Assembly: GCA_963575745.1 (NCBI GenBank)
Contig: CAUYUJ010000263.1
Location: 62,001 to 116,101, forward strand
DNA length: 54,101 bases
Source: Prorocentrum cordatum
Taxonomy: Eukaryota
Direction of reading: 5' to 3'
Each line of letters begins with the position of its first letter. The first letter of the stretch is position 1. Positions 22,691 through 35,596 of this stretch are shown piece after piece. A program made the position numbers and the translations under genes. The notes beneath the pieces are model-generated. The model saw nothing but the letters and a program-made list of their open reading frames with translations, had not been told where the DNA came from and did no database searches.

Positions 22691-25499
22691 GCCGGTGACG
22701 GCGGCCGAGGGCCGCCGGGGGCCACGCGTTTTGTTTCTCTTCTCCTCCCCCCCCTCCTGGCAAATCCTGCACCAACGTTGTTGGAGCCCCGCGCACGTGC
22801 CCCCCCGCCAAGAGGCTCGGCACTGAACCGGTTGCCTCGTATGTGAGCTTCTCAGGGACTCATTCTTTCCTCGCGCATCATCCCTCATGCATTTCGCTCC
22901 CCACGCGGCCAACCTTAATACCGACTGAGCCACTCAGCCTCAGCGACAGAAGGAGGATGCAGGAGGAGAAAGGGGAGGGGAAGAAGACGGGGGAATGAGG
23001 CAGGAAGGAGGAGGGAGGAGGAGGAACAGCAGGAGGAGAAGGAAAGAAGAGAGAAGAAGAAGGAGGAGGAAGGAAGAGCGAGGACAGAGGAGGAGGAGGA
23101 GGAGGAGGAGGAGGAGGAGGACGACGACGAAACATAGTTCCCCCTCTCTGCTTTCTGTTTCGGCTCTCCTCCTGGTCCTCCTCTCTTTCGCTCCATCCTT
23201 CTCCTGTGTTCTCATTGCTCTCCTGTCTTCTCCTTTTCTGTTCCTCCGCTTTTCGCGGTTCCTCCTATTCCTTTTTAGTTGTTCCTTCCTCTTGTTGCGT
23301 CTTTGCTGCCATTGTTGCTGCTATGATGCCTGATGCCCCTCTTCCTCTTGCCTCTCCTCCATGTTCTACCTTTGAGGGAGCTTCGATTCTCCCGAACGGC
23401 CTGTTATCCAGCAGAGGAGTCAGTGGAGTCCCGAGTCCTGAGTCCAGGGAGAGCCCGGAGGACTCCAGAGTCCGGGGGTCCAGGAGTTCGGAGCCCAGAA
23501 GGGGCCCAGACCCCGAGGAGTTCAGTCCAGGAGCTCGGAGTCCGGGGGGGGGGGGGGAGGGATGACGGAGAGGAGCCGAGAGCCCAGGATTGCAGGAATG
23601 TTTGCCATCGCTCACTGCCTGGCCTGCCCGCTTCTGCTCCAGGGCTAGGCGACTAGGCGGGAGCGGCAGCGGCGCCAGCGGCGCCCGCGTAGAGAATGTC
23701 GTAGGCCGCCTGCACCCTGTCGTTTTTCAACGACTGATCCGTGAGCAGCTTCTCCAGGTCGTTCATTGCTCGACGGCGCTGCAACAAGACCAGCTTCTTG
23801 AACCCCACCGTCTTTGGTCCGCTCGGCAGGCACGAAGCTGCCGCGAACCACCCAGGCGGCACATACATAATCTCGCCTGCCTTGATCGTCGTGACGAAGC
23901 AGTTCACCTTCCCTGAAATGAACTCCTTGGCCTTGTCAGCCTCGATGCTTTTCAAGAGCGTCGTCGCCCGCTCGAGGAATGTCGTGCCCTGGACGTGTGG
24001 AACTTGATCCATGAGCTGGCCGCCGTGGAAGTAGACCACCTTCATGCTGCCCTCAACGATGTACTTCACAGAGCCTAAAAGCTCCGCCTCGAAACTCATG
24101 TCCACGTAATTAGGTCGGGAGGTAGCCGATGAACCAGACCCGCTCCGTGGCCGCCTGCACCACGGGGTGCTTCGTGATGTCCGCACGCTGCGCCAACGGC
24201 GCCAGCTTCTCGAAGATCGACACGACTCGCGCGAGGCCATGCGATTCCTGCACGGGCGCCGAAGCTTTGTCCCCCCTCTGGCCCGCCTGAGCTGGGAACT
24301 TCACTTTGTACCTGTCGAGGCCCGCTTTGATCTCTGGCGCCGCGCAGGCTGCAGCACCGGCGGAGCTCGCCAGCAGCTTGAAGGGGATGTCCAGCATCTC
24401 TTTCGACTCCGAGCCCTCAAGCTGTTTCTCGAAAGCCGCCTCATCATGGTAAGTTTTGACCGCCTCACAACCAAGGCTAGACAAGTCGATCGCAAAGACG
24501 CCAGACGAAAGACTCCTTGGGGAGCTCCAAACTGCATCCGTAAATCAAGCATCTTCCCTCCTCACTCTCTTCTCCATTGCCCTCTTGGGGCTGAGGTTTG
24601 AAGAGAGCGGCGAGGGATAGGCTTGATTGGCGGGTGCAGTTGGGAATTCCGAGCTCCTCAGCGAAGTGATCTGCTTTCTCAAGCTCGCCGAGGCCGCTGA
24701 AGCTGCGGCCAGCTGATCCTCCCTGGCCTTGCTCTCCTGCTCCATCTGCTTGGCCGCCGCCTTCCTTGAGACCGTGCTGTGGGATGTCTTCGCAACCTTG
24801 GCAATGTCGACGATGGCCTTGCGGAGCTGCTCAAGGTTGATCTTGAAGTCCTCGATCTTCGCTTCGGTGCCCTCGATCTCCTTAGCGGTGGTCGCAGTAC
24901 GGATCTGCTGTGAGAGCTCCATCACGCGTGCCATACGAACGATCTGGTCCCTGTCGTCAACGGGCAACAGGACTGCTGCATGAAGTTTCAAGTGGAGTTA
25001 GTGGTCGCGATACTTGCCAAGGTCCAACAAGTGCTCAGGGAACTCGATGTTGTCCTCTGTCTTCCCCTCCTTGATGCATTCTTCCTTGAACGCTTGCTTG
25101 TCCTTGGTGAACAGCTCGTCCATCCCCAGGTCGGAGTCAGTGACGGTGCTGCTGCTCTCATCGTAGTCGAACTTCTTGTCGAGGACGAGGCTGCCAAGCA
25201 AAATCCGTTCCCGCAAGAGCGACATCTGCTCATTGTCTGCGCTGGGGCAAGTGGCGCTTGTCTTGCCAGCTGCTGCCAAAGCTTTGAACAGCTTGGTCTC
25301 CTCTTGACCCAAAGCCTTCTTCTGCGTCTCTGCGACCGTGAGCCTGGTGATGCCGACGTCGAAGCGGGCCTGGCCAACTGCAGCCTGCCCGCGGCCCCCG
25401 GCGAGCTTCGCCTTTGGCGCCGACCCATCACTTCCTTGAGATGCCTCACCAGTGCTGGTCTTGTCCGTTGCTGCTTGTGGTCTGACCCCGTGCGTCATC

Positions 25500-25723
25500 T
25501 CAGAGCCCCGAATCATCAGGGGTAACTCGGGTCAGGGATAACTCGGGTTCGTTTTTCGGGAATCCGAACCCGAATTATCCTGGACCCGAGTTACCCCGGA
25601 TATTTCGGGCGTCCAGAGCCCCGAATCATCAACCCGGGTCAGGGTTATTTCGGGCTCGTTTTTCGGGAACCCAAACCCGAGTTACCCCGGACCCGAGTTA
25701 CCCCGGATAACTCGGGCGTCCAA
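25500..25723. mobile_element. Dimeric palindromic MITE, copy 1, TSD TCATC
   Basis: Two ~110-bp tandem units. TCATC at 25495-25499 and 25724-25728. Removal rejoins MEVMM|THGVRPQ in frame. Confidence 0.9.
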
Positions 25724-25927
25724 TCATCATCACCTCCATCGCCTTCTGGTCGCCGTCACCCGTAGCATTGATGGCATCGGCCGATGCGCTTTGCACTGCA
25801 GCTGAGGTGCTGGCCTGCGCCGGCGGAGCGAAGCCCTTCGTGCAGTCCTTCACCGCCTCGTCGATGTCTGAAGCGGACATGGCTTTCCCTTTGGCCGCTG
25901 TTGTGGCAATCTCCTGAGTGTGGTAGT

Positions 25928-26157
25928 TCAGAGCCCCGAATCATCAGGGGTAACTCGGGTCAGGGCTAACTCGGGTTCGTTTTTCGGGAATCCAAACCCG
26001 AGTTACCCCGGACCCGAGTTACCCTGGATAATTCGGGCGTCCAGGGCCCCGAATCATCAGGGGTAACTCGGGTCAGGGCTAACTCGGGTTCGTTTTTCGG
26101 GAATCCAAACCCGAGTTACCCCAGACCCGAGTTACCCCGGATAACTCGGGCGTCCAA
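25928..26157. mobile_element. Dimeric palindromic MITE, copy 2, TSD GTAGT
   Basis: Same family and orientation as copy 1. GTAGT at 25923-25927 and 26158-26162. Confidence 0.9.
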
Positions 26158-27093
26158 GTAGTTCGTCGTCTTCTGCTCGAGCTTTGTCTCCCCCCACCAT
26201 CCACGCTGGAATCGGGAGGCGGAGCGGACATTCTGGAGGGCCTCGGTTGTCCTTGTGCTCCTCTGGCGTATCCAGCTCGATGGCTGCCCACTCTCTGTTG
26301 CACCTATCTTCGTTCCAGGGTCGAAGGGCCATCATTCTCTTGACGAAGATCTGCTTGTCCCACTTGGGCCTGGACGACAAATCAGAGTTGCTCCGCTCAG
26401 TGCCCTTGCGTTCGATGTAGCTGGAAAGCCTGACGTCAGATCCACGCGCCTTCGTGGACTTCGCGGCCAGAGACTCATTTATGTCTGGGCTCTTGGAGAG
26501 GATGTCAGTCGTCACCGTATCAGCCAATTCCCAGTCGGGCTCTATTGACACGCCACCCTTCTTCCCTGGCTTGAAACCGAAGATCTGCTTGAAGGACTTT
26601 GATTCATCGGTCTCTGTCTCGGGCTTCTTGTGGTCGACCGCCTTGAACGCGCGTCGCTCCAAGCATTCGTAGATCTGGTGGTGCTTCTTGCAGAACTTCT
26701 CGTTTCCCTCAATCCCCTCATCACAGGACGGAAGTGGGCAAGTCTTTTGAGTTGCAGTCTTCCGCGTCTGTTTCTTAGGAGGCTCGACATCAGAAGCATC
26801 GGCTGTTTCAGTCAAGGCCGCCCGGATTGTGCCCTTGGCTGCATCCTTCCTAGTCTCGCCAGGGCCAGCATCGTCGTCGCTGAAAGCTAAGTCGTTCTTC
26901 TGAGAGTCTGACGGCGCGCTGTGCTTACCAAGGCTCGCAGCGCTCCCTGGTGTGTTGACGTCCTTGGCTTTTTCTGGTGTTGCCGCAGCAACATCACCAG
27001 ACTCCATTTTCACATCGTCACAATCTGCTGTTGACATCCTCAGGTGACGCAATCAGGGTAAACGGCAAGCCAGGCAAAGTGTGAACTCCTTGG

Positions 27094-27115
27094 TTTGAGC
27101 CTAAATGTGTTACGA
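27094..27115 (-). other. Degenerate SL relict upstream of the minus-strand gene
   Basis: Minus strand TCGTAACACATTTAGGCTCAAA versus CCGTAGCCATTTTGGCTCAAG: 4 mismatches and 1 insertion. Confidence 0.45.
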
Positions 27116-27961
27116 CAGCAGCAAAGCAGCGCAGTGGCACACGCCACGCAGAGCAGAAAGCAGATCCAAGGATCCCAGGTGTTGTTGATGGTTGTTGATG
27201 GTGATTGCCGTTGATGGTTGTTGTGGTGTGCTGGTGTGCTGAGTGCTGCTGATCTTCCGTCTGCCGCGTGTTGGTGTTGGTGTTGGCCTTGGTATTGGTG
27301 TGTTGGTGTTGGTGTTGGTGTTGGGGTCCCAATCGGCAAGACAGTTGCCACTGTTGAGGGCGGTGCTGGCGTCTGCGGGCACGTGGAGGCAGGACGCAAC
27401 CCAGAAGATGACTCCGTTTTGACCTGAAGACCTGTCAAACCTGAAGCCGCTGCTAACACTGACCCAACCGTGACTCGCTCACTCACATGCCCAAGACGAG
27501 CATGAGGGCCCGGGCGCTCCTGCCCCCCCCCTTCCCCGCACATCCGGGTGCGATCCCCCCCCCATCCCCTCCACCCCACCCGACCCCGCCCCCCCAGGGA
27601 AGGGAATACAAGGGAAGGGGCTTCCCTTCGAGTAACTACGACGTTGCTCAGATTGGCTCCCCCCCGCGTGGCGACCGCTCCCCTCCCCCGAAGGGAGCTG
27701 CCCAGGCGCTCCCCCCACCCTCCTTCCCCGCGCATCCGGGTGTGACCGCACGGTGTGACCCCCCCCCCCATCACTGTTCCCTATTAATAAACACCCCCGC
27801 CCCCAGGCGACTGGTAGCCAACCAGGTACCATGAGGCCCCCCCCACCATCCCTTGTAAAAAACAATGCAAACACACACTCAGCCTCCAAATTCGGAGCAT
27901 GCGCAGCCAACCCGATGCGGCCCCCCACACCATCCTTGTCAAAAACAATACAAAGTACACT

Positions 27962-28222
27962 TGGCGGCGGCGGCGGCGGCTGCGGCGGCTGCGGCGGAGG
28001 CGGCGGCTGCGGCGGCTGCGGCGGCGGCGGCGGTGGACGGCGGGCGGCGGTGGCGGCAGCGGCTGCGGCGGCAGCGGCTGCGGCGGCGGCGATTTGGCAG
28101 CGGGGGCGGCGGCGGCGGCGGGCGGCGCGGCGGGCGGCGGCGGCGGCGCGGCGCGCGGCGGAGGCGCGGCGGCGGCGGCGGGCAGCGGCGGCGGCGGCGG
28201 CGGCTGCGGCGGCGGCGGCGGA
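27962..28222. repeat. (GGC)n microsatellite
   Basis: Degenerate ggcggc run. Confidence 0.9.
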
Positions 28223-28557
28223 TCGGCCCCCAGTAGCTGCCCATCCAAAGACGACTGCTGAATATGCTGAGGCTCGGGCCAGTCTCGGGTGTTACGCATG
28301 TGTTGGGAGGGCGGGTGAGAGTGAGCGAGACGGCTTGCGGGCGGGGAGGGAGTCTTGACCCCTCCCCCATACCCCCCGGGGAAGGGGATCATAGGAAAGG
28401 GGCTTCTCTTCGAGAAATTGCGACGTTGCTCAGATTGGCTTCCCCCCGCGTCGCGACCGCTCCCCTCCCCCGAAGGGAGCTGCCCGGGCGCTCCCCCCCT
28501 CCCGGGTATCCTGACGATCTCGTGGGCAGTATGGGCGACGACGACGACGACGACGAG

Positions 28558-28590
<33 letters not shown>

Positions 28591-29089
28591 CCACGCAAGA
28601 TGACGAGACCAGGATACGTCCTCCACACGCCGAAAGGGTCGGCGGATTTGGAGACCGCGCGACACATCCATGGATCGCTAATCCATGCTTGCGCGCCCCC
28701 GATCATGATTCTTCAATGTTCCACGCGGTTCCCCTGGCGGCGTCGCAACTGCGTCGCATCTCCTGGCATCCCACCGCGCGGCCACCGTGCAAGGTGGTGG
28801 GGGGGGGGTCCGAGAAGAGGTCTCGATCGAGGGCTTGTTCCGGAGAGCTCATGCTGCGTCAGGATCCCTCGGGATCCCGCAGTTCCCCTTGAGGGGTGTT
28901 CCTGGTCCTTCGGGTTGGTGAGGACGCCTCTGGATGATGCCAGGTCATTCGGTTGTTTTTGTTCCCGATTTCTCGGGTGCCTGCTGGTTCCCCAAGATGT
29001 TGTTGGATTCCGTTGGGTTCTTTTACGTGCCCGTGGGATATTCCACGCGGTTCTTTTGGCGGCGCCACAACGGCGTCGCATCTCGTTTG

Positions 29090-29710
29090 GCCTTCTGGGG
29101 CCGATGGTGGCATCCTTGGGGTACCTGAGGTTCCTTTGGGCCTTGTAGTGTTCCGTTGCGGGTCCTTGGGCTTTTTGGGGTTACCTATGTTTGTTTGTTC
29201 TTGCGGTTCCTTGGGTCTCCCCTTGAGCTCTATGGAGTTTCTCGGGGTCTCCTGTGGTTCCTTGGGGCTTTCTGACGCCTCCTGCTGTTCAGTTGGATTA
29301 TCTGTGGCGTCTGGGTGTTCCCTGGGGTCCTCATTGGTTTCCTGAAGCCTCCTGGGCTCCTTGGGGTTTCTTGAAGCTCGCCAGAGTTACCCGGAATTTC
29401 CCGAGGCTCCATGGGATGCCTTGGGGCTTCCAGGAGCCTGAAGCGGTTCCTTGGGGCTCCCCTGGGTTTCCTGTACTTTCCTGGGGGTCCTTGCAGTTCC
29501 CTGTGGCTTCATGGGCCTTCCTGGGGTTCGCTGAAGTCTCCTGGCTCTTTGGGGCTCATTGGAAATGCTTGCGGCTCTCTGAGGTTTCCTGGGCGTTCCT
29601 GACGTCTCCTGGAGCATCCAGGGAGCTCTGGTGGGTCCCTTGAGCTCGTCCTGCAGCCTCCCGGGGGCTCGTGGAGGTCCCGCGGTGGGTCCCTGGAAGA
29701 ATTTCGGGGA
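29090..29710. repeat. Degenerate ~10-bp-period repeat (ggttccttgg-like)
   Basis: Recurrent ttcc(t/c)tggg motif. Related low-complexity blocks at ~6960-7110, ~23415-23545, ~42360-42510 and ~43200-43380. Confidence 0.65.
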
Positions 29711-29875
29711 TGTGGATTCGTTTTTGGCCCGACTTCGGGGTGCCTCGGGGGGACCCCCGCCCCAAGCAAAAGACAACCCGGCGAACAAACTCCTCGTCCG
29801 TTGACGGAGCTTATTTGGCACTTCGCTGGCTGCCTGACTGTAGTCGGAAGCGGCGCTCGATCGAGAGAGGAGAAT

Positions 29876-29906
<31 letters not shown>

Positions 29907-30691
29907 GAGAAAGAGAGAAGGAGAGAGATAGAGCGAGAGAGAGAGAGAGAGACAGAGAGAGAGAGAGGGAGAGGAACAGAGAGGAAGAGAGAGAGAGAGA
30001 GGAGGAGGAGGAGGTGTAGGAGGAGCTGGAGGGGGAGGAGGAGGAGGAGGAAGAGAAGCAGGAAAGCGAGGATGAGGAGTGAAACGTTGAGGCCTCTTGA
30101 GGTTCTTGGGGTTACTGGAGTTTCCCGGAGGTTCCCTGGGGGCCTCCTTGAGGGCGCTTAGGGGTTAGAGGAGGCCCAGGGAGGCCAGGAGTGATCTCGG
30201 TAGGGGGGGATGCGCGGGGAGACAGGCAATTCTTAGTACAATTTCTTCTCCTGCGTCCTATCCCTCTCCCTCTCCATCTCCTTCCTCCTCCCTCTTGTTC
30301 CTCCCTTCTCTCCTTGCCTATTGTCTTGAAGGCCGTCATACAACTCGAAGGAAGAATTCCTTCAGCCTTCAAGAGCCTTCGGCCATGCGGAACGATGTTC
30401 GAACGTTATGTGGGATAAGTTCGACCCCGCCAACGTTGGAGCTGTCCCCTGTGAGGGCAGAAGTCTATGAATTCGTTCCCTCCCTTGTGGGTTGTTTGAG
30501 AAAAACTCTCATTCCACAGTTCCTAGTCATATTTCTACAAAAGTGAACGCATCACAGCATAATGCATCAGCATGTCTGGCGCCACATAACAATATAGCAT
30601 CGCGCATCACATCATAGTGCATCAGCATAGTGCATCACAGCACAGTATACCACTTCTCACAAGACAATGTTTGACGCTACTCGGCCCCACG

Positions 30692-30713
30692 TCCGTAGCC
30701 GTTCTGGCCCAAA
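30692..30713 (+). other. SL relict
   Basis: TCCGTAGCCGTTCTGGCCCAAA matches DCCGTAGCCATTTTGGCTCAAG at 18/22 positions. Confidence 0.65.
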
Positions 30714-30737
30714 ACAGTTCCTTAGTGGGTTCTGGAA

Positions 30738-30880
30738 ACGACAGGGCCGTTTTTTAAACGGTTCCGTTTTGCCGTTTTTTTGCCGGTTCCGACGCCGTTG
30801 TTTTACCGGTTCCGTCGCCGTTTTTTGACCGGTTCCGGCTCCGGTTCCAATCCTGGAATCGTTTTTTTGCCGTTTCCCGT
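30738..30880. repeat. Cluster of ccggttcc / gccgtttt sub-repeats, possibly transposon subterminal repeats
   Basis: About five cggttcc units interspersed with gccgtttt, upstream of the transposase remnant. Confidence 0.5.
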
Positions 30881-31272
30881 GTTGTGCCCACATCGGAGCT
30901 TCTCGCCTGAGCTTTTCCAGCCCTGGACAGCAGCATGTGCGAGGAGGCTACGTGTTTTGAGAGATCATGGCCCTCGTTTCCAGTTGCGATATTAGGGGAT
31001 TGCGGCAAGCCTGATCCATCCGATTCTGAGACGTTGTACTGTATGCACAATGGGCTCTTCAAGGATTCGCTGCCACTCTCTGATAATACATATTTGGTAG
31101 GTGTCGTTGTGTCAAGCTGGAGGCCACGTCAGCGTTGAGTGCTGCGCGTGCCTTTTTCTGAACAGATTCAGGGCGGCGCAGGTACTGCAGCCACACAGGC
31201 CTGCGCGAAGATCCGTACATTGACGGCCCGGCCAGCCCATCCCCGCAATAACTGCCAGGTGCAGCGGGTCGC

Positions 31273-31714
31273 GTGAGCGCTGGACAGGTACATCGGGCTA
31301 TCCGTCGAGACCCTGACTTTACCGCGTTATCGCGGAGGGTCGGTTTGCTTGTGTCAGAGATTGTTGTTAGATCGCTTGTGCTGGGTCGTTGTATCGTTCC
31401 AGACATACTGGCGAGTGCTGCATCGTCCCATTGTGCACGCGCAACAGAAGTGCTCTCTTCCCTTTAAACATCGAATCCCAGCCGACCTGACATCGCATCA
31501 TATTTGTCTCGCGCGCAAGAGTGCGAGCAAGATGCGTCGTCTTTGGTTTCTGAACCAGACGACTGGAGGGACGTTGCCGACTTTGGCAACGGCGATCGTC
31601 GCACAACACATGTGTCGCTGCATATGTTACGATTCATTCGGTGTACGGCTTTCTTGAGAAAGTTCAAGGACTTGGAGGAGCAGAGCGAAACTGCTTTCAA
31701 AGCTATTCGCCCAC

Positions 31715-31755
<41 letters not shown>

Positions 31756-34700
31756 GGCATGCTCGCTGAGTTGTTCAACGACGGGGTCTTTTATCCCAGT
31801 AGAACGCAGCTGCACGCTGCGCGTCCGAGGTTAGACATGGCCGCGATGAACATCGAGAGGAGGATGCTGAGGGTTGGGCCGCGGAGCCGGTCCAGAGTCG
31901 GGCGTCGGACCATCCACTTGCACGCCGACTCGAGTCCGAATTCGGGGGAAGAAATCATGGGGAGCTTGTGCGACATATTTTTCCCTGGCGCGTCAGTGTT
32001 GGGGCATTGATTGCCAGGCGCGCGCCTGTGGCAGCTGCGGTTGATTTTAGGTCCTCGCATGGAAACGCTTGAACACTTCCTGGAAGACTGCTCGTCGATT
32101 GCGACCGACATGGGCCACGAGTGTCTGATCGCAGATATGGGGAACTGTCTGAGTGTCTTTGCGAGCAAGCTTGGGCTTCAAGTTTCGGCCCAGTTTGCAT
32201 CGAACAATCGGCGGCTGCAGTTGTTTTGTGGCTGTTCCCGATTGGCGTTATCTTATTTCTGGGCGCCTGAAGGCATCGCTGCAGCTTCTGGACGAATGTC
32301 AGAAAAGTTTGACCATTCGAGCGCGCTGCAGGTTCTTTCCAAACGCTAGTTATCGCGAGGCGCTTGTGGCTTGGTTGGAAGCAAGGGGGCATGGGGACTC
32401 TTCGCAACAGTTGAGATACTTATCTGCGTCGTTCGCCAAGTGGAGCTTCGATGCGTTCCTGGATGTCTTTGTTCTGCTGAGCAGGCTTCGCAACGCATGC
32501 GCGCTGTTCAGACCTCGCATGCTCGGCGCGCCCCAGGGTGCGCAGGACTTCAACGAGACTCTCAAGCACGAGGGTAACAGTCATGTCTTGCGTTGGGTGA
32601 GTGGCTTCACCACGATGGCGAGGCCGATCGATCGGCCCGGGACTTGAGCGGCAGCCTGCCCACACTTCATGCACCAGGAAGCGCCCGTGAAGGGGGGGGG
32701 CGTCAAGTGCGAGCAGCTGGGCCGACGGCTCCACGAGGCATCTAAGAGGGCTCAAGAGTTGAGGACAGAACTCACTAGCCCACCAGGAACTCCGGGTGGT
32801 CGGCGACGTTGGGGGCGACGAGGCCGTATTCAGTGACTTGACATTTGCCCCGCGTTTTTGTCCTGCCAGATTTTAAGGACACATTTGCTTGAATTGGTAT
32901 GATGCCATGCGCGTTCGCTAATGCCGCGGACCAGGCTGTCGCCCGATCTATCATCCAAACGTGAGGAGTGATTTCTCGGCGAGGTTACCGCAGGATGACG
33001 GTCTCGCTCATGGGCGAGTCTGAGCAGGACAGAATGAGGATGGCTGTCGCTGATGAGGGCATCGGCGACGCCCCGGGCCGTCTGCAGGAGCTGGCCGGAG
33101 CCTTTCGGAGGACCCCACTGTCATCCCAAGTTGCTGGAGGCTATCACAGGCCAACCAAGCTCAGCAAAACTCGCGGCGGCGTCTCTCGCTTGCCGCCGTT
33201 GTCATCCGCCAACAGGATCTGGCAAAACCTGGATATCGCGGCGATGCTCGAGGACTGCCCCGAGGGGGAAACACGTATAGATTTCGAGCTTCGACGCGCG
33301 ACGAGGGTGTTGCAGACGAAAAGTAAGTTGTTCCTGAGGCGCGTCAAGACACCGCGTCGTCAGTGCACACGGCGAGTATATTGCCTCGGCGAGTTTAACC
33401 ATTTCGATCGAGCAGAAATCGTAGGCGGGGGCGCTGCTGCAGCCGCGATTGCGATTGCGGACGTTGCAGGTGGCGCTGACACAGGCGACGCGCCGCCTGT
33501 GGGCGGCGGAGATGCTGGCGATGGCGGCGATGGCCTTCCCCCGTCACCTGGGCGCGACGCTGTGCCGGTCGCGCCCCGCGGGGGCCCCCCCTTGCCTGCC
33601 GACCAGGGGGCCGGCTTGAAGAAGAGCGGCCTGGACGCCGCGATTCACCCCCGCTGCTTCTGCAGCGTCGCGGCCCCAGACAACGACGGCACCTTCGTGT
33701 TCGAAGTCTCGAAGGCGGTGGCGAGGCCATGGCTCGCGGTCAATCCCATCAGAGCGCAAGTAAGGGAGCCGAGATTTGAACTAGCCATTCAGACATTTGC
33801 GTTCCGGGGTCCCGACAGGGGGGCCCGTGCGATCATGTGCGCTGATGGCGGTGGACTTCGGACTGATGTCGCTGCAGTTGCCCCATGGGCGAATCTCATG
33901 GATGAGTTGTATGCGTGGGAGGTTGCGAGGAACCGCGACGCGCCTGGCTGCCTCGACTTGGAGGCATGCCCCCTGGCTCGACCAACGATGGCATTGGCCG
34001 ACTCGCAGTGCCCGCCCCCTGTCATCACGACAGAACTCAGCAGCCGAGGCTCTGTCATGTCCGACACCTTGGTCGTCCACAAGTCTGAAGGTGCACCCCT
34101 GACAGAGCACAACATTAGAAAAGTAAGATCCTGCCGAGAGAGCCCCCAGTTCTCGCTATCGCGGGGCCCCTTGGCGGGGCAGGGCTCGGCGGAGATGCGC
34201 AGCGACGCCCCCCATCAATTATTGTGAGGACTCGCTCCCCGAGAACATCGCCCTCCTTGAACTGCCAGCGAAGGTGCGCGGGCGAATTCTACCAGGGGAA
34301 GCGATCGAGGACGCGATCGCCGAAGTAGGCCACCCTGAAGCAGTAGAAGACGGCAAAGTCCCTGCGGGGAGCCCAAGCCTGCTGCTTTGGAGGACGGATC
34401 GGAATCTGGCGGGCCCATTGGCGACGAGCCGCCAAAGTCCGACTCGTCTTCGGCATCGAGCGGCTCGTCTTCGAGCACCTCTTCGAGCTCCAGCAGCTCG
34501 AGCCCGAGTACCTCTGACGAGATGCTGGCCCCAGAGGTCGAGGTCGTCGCTGGCCCCGCCCCTGCAATCCTAGAATTTATCGGGGGCCAGCGCCTCGCCG
34601 CTGAAGGTCGCCTGGCCGTCTCGGAGTATTTCCGATACCGGCTGAAGTGCGACAGCCACTCGAATTGTGCTCGAAGGCGGAACGCGATGGCTGCTCAGTG

Positions 34701-34875
34701 TGCTAATCTTGGCATCTACCAGCCCATTGCGCACCTGGCCGCGTGGCAGGAGATGGGCCGACGCGTGGACAGGGCTGCCCGTGGGAGTCGGAATCCAGAG
34801 ATTCTTCCGGGAGACCAGAGGGCGCGGCTAGTTGCGAACAGCCAAATACGATGTAAAAAAGCTCTGGCTGTATGA
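31273..34875 (+). pseudogene. Decayed DDE (hAT-like) transposase
   Basis: Collinear frameshifted ORFs with IHLHADSSP (~31915-31938), IATDMGHE (~32100), SFAKW (~32430), PLSSQVAGGYHR (expected catalytic Glu position; ~33115-33150) and C-terminal C-x2-H-x2-C...QPIAHLAAW. An (AT)n tract interrupts it at ~31720. The superfamily call is by recollection of motif spacing. Confidence 0.5.
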
Positions 34876-35391
34876 GCCTGGGCGTGCCTCTATCGTTTCC
34901 GTCTGCTGCGTCCAGTCACAGATTCATCGCCGTCACCAGCATCCTCGTCATCAGCCTCATGTGCGTTGCAGCATGTCAGTGCGTATTCAGCGCGCGTGCG
35001 TTTTGACCGTTGCCTTCGTCGGCGTTCCCACTTCCCACCTTCACTAGCGTCAACCTCATTATCTTGTCTGTTATGCAGTGTGTCGGCGTCGGGAGCCGCG
35101 CCCCCTGGCCTGATGTCTCCTGGTGTAGTTCGGCCAAGAAGTCTCGGAGTGCCCGACTGTGCGATAGAATGGCCCCTCGCTCCCGAGCTTGCGCCTGGTA
35201 ATGATTTCACCTTTGACGGACGCCCTCTTCATCATTCTCACCAGCATTACATTCTTCATCATCCGCATCTTCCCATAGCTGTTTACAACCCAAGCGTTCA
35301 GCGCAGAGTTGGTTGCCCCGACGCCGACGCCAGCTGGGCCAAGCCCTCTGGGCCCAGCGCAGGCCCGAGTAGCAGCGCCCCTCCTGGAGCA

Positions 35392-35596
35392 GATGGTGCT
35401 CACCTTGAAGGAGCGCAGACTTCAGTCCGTCATCATGGCGAAGGATACGGAGATCAATCTCCTCACGCGCGTCGGCGCGAACTTAGTGAAATTCCAGCTC
35501 CAGCACCACACGACGGTCGGGAAGTGCACCAAAGCTGCCGCGAGGCACACGGGCGTCGATTACCAGAGGCTCTTCAACAAGTACGGCCAGACTTGA
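35392..35596 (+). pseudogene. Possible SUMO/ubiquitin-like domain fragment
   Basis: INLLTRVGANLVKFQLQHHTTVGKCTKAAARHTGVDYQRLF resembles the SUMO beta2-helix-beta3 pattern. Truncated by TGA. Confidence 0.25.

Larger units (their letters stand above)
23653..27052 (-). pseudogene. Large decayed gene: Cys/His finger, Trp-motif domain, coiled coil and C-terminal cupin/JmjC-like fold
   Basis: Collinear ORFs 27052-26132, 25880-25698, 25516-24998, 24991-24545, 24484-24110 and 24240-23653. Motifs CPLPSC...FCKKH, PWNEDRCNREW...DNRGP...LRL and KAGEIMYVPPGW. Broken by frameshifts and two MITEs. Confidence 0.65.

Noticed and set aside
20155..22933. Long minus-strand ORFs (343, 478 and 264 aa)
   Set aside because: Antisense shadows of the GC3-rich Ub-HET-LRR gene.
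25500..26157. CRISPR-like palindromic repeats
   Set aside because: Explained as two TSD-flanked MITEs. There are no unique spacers and no cas genes, and the context is eukaryotic.
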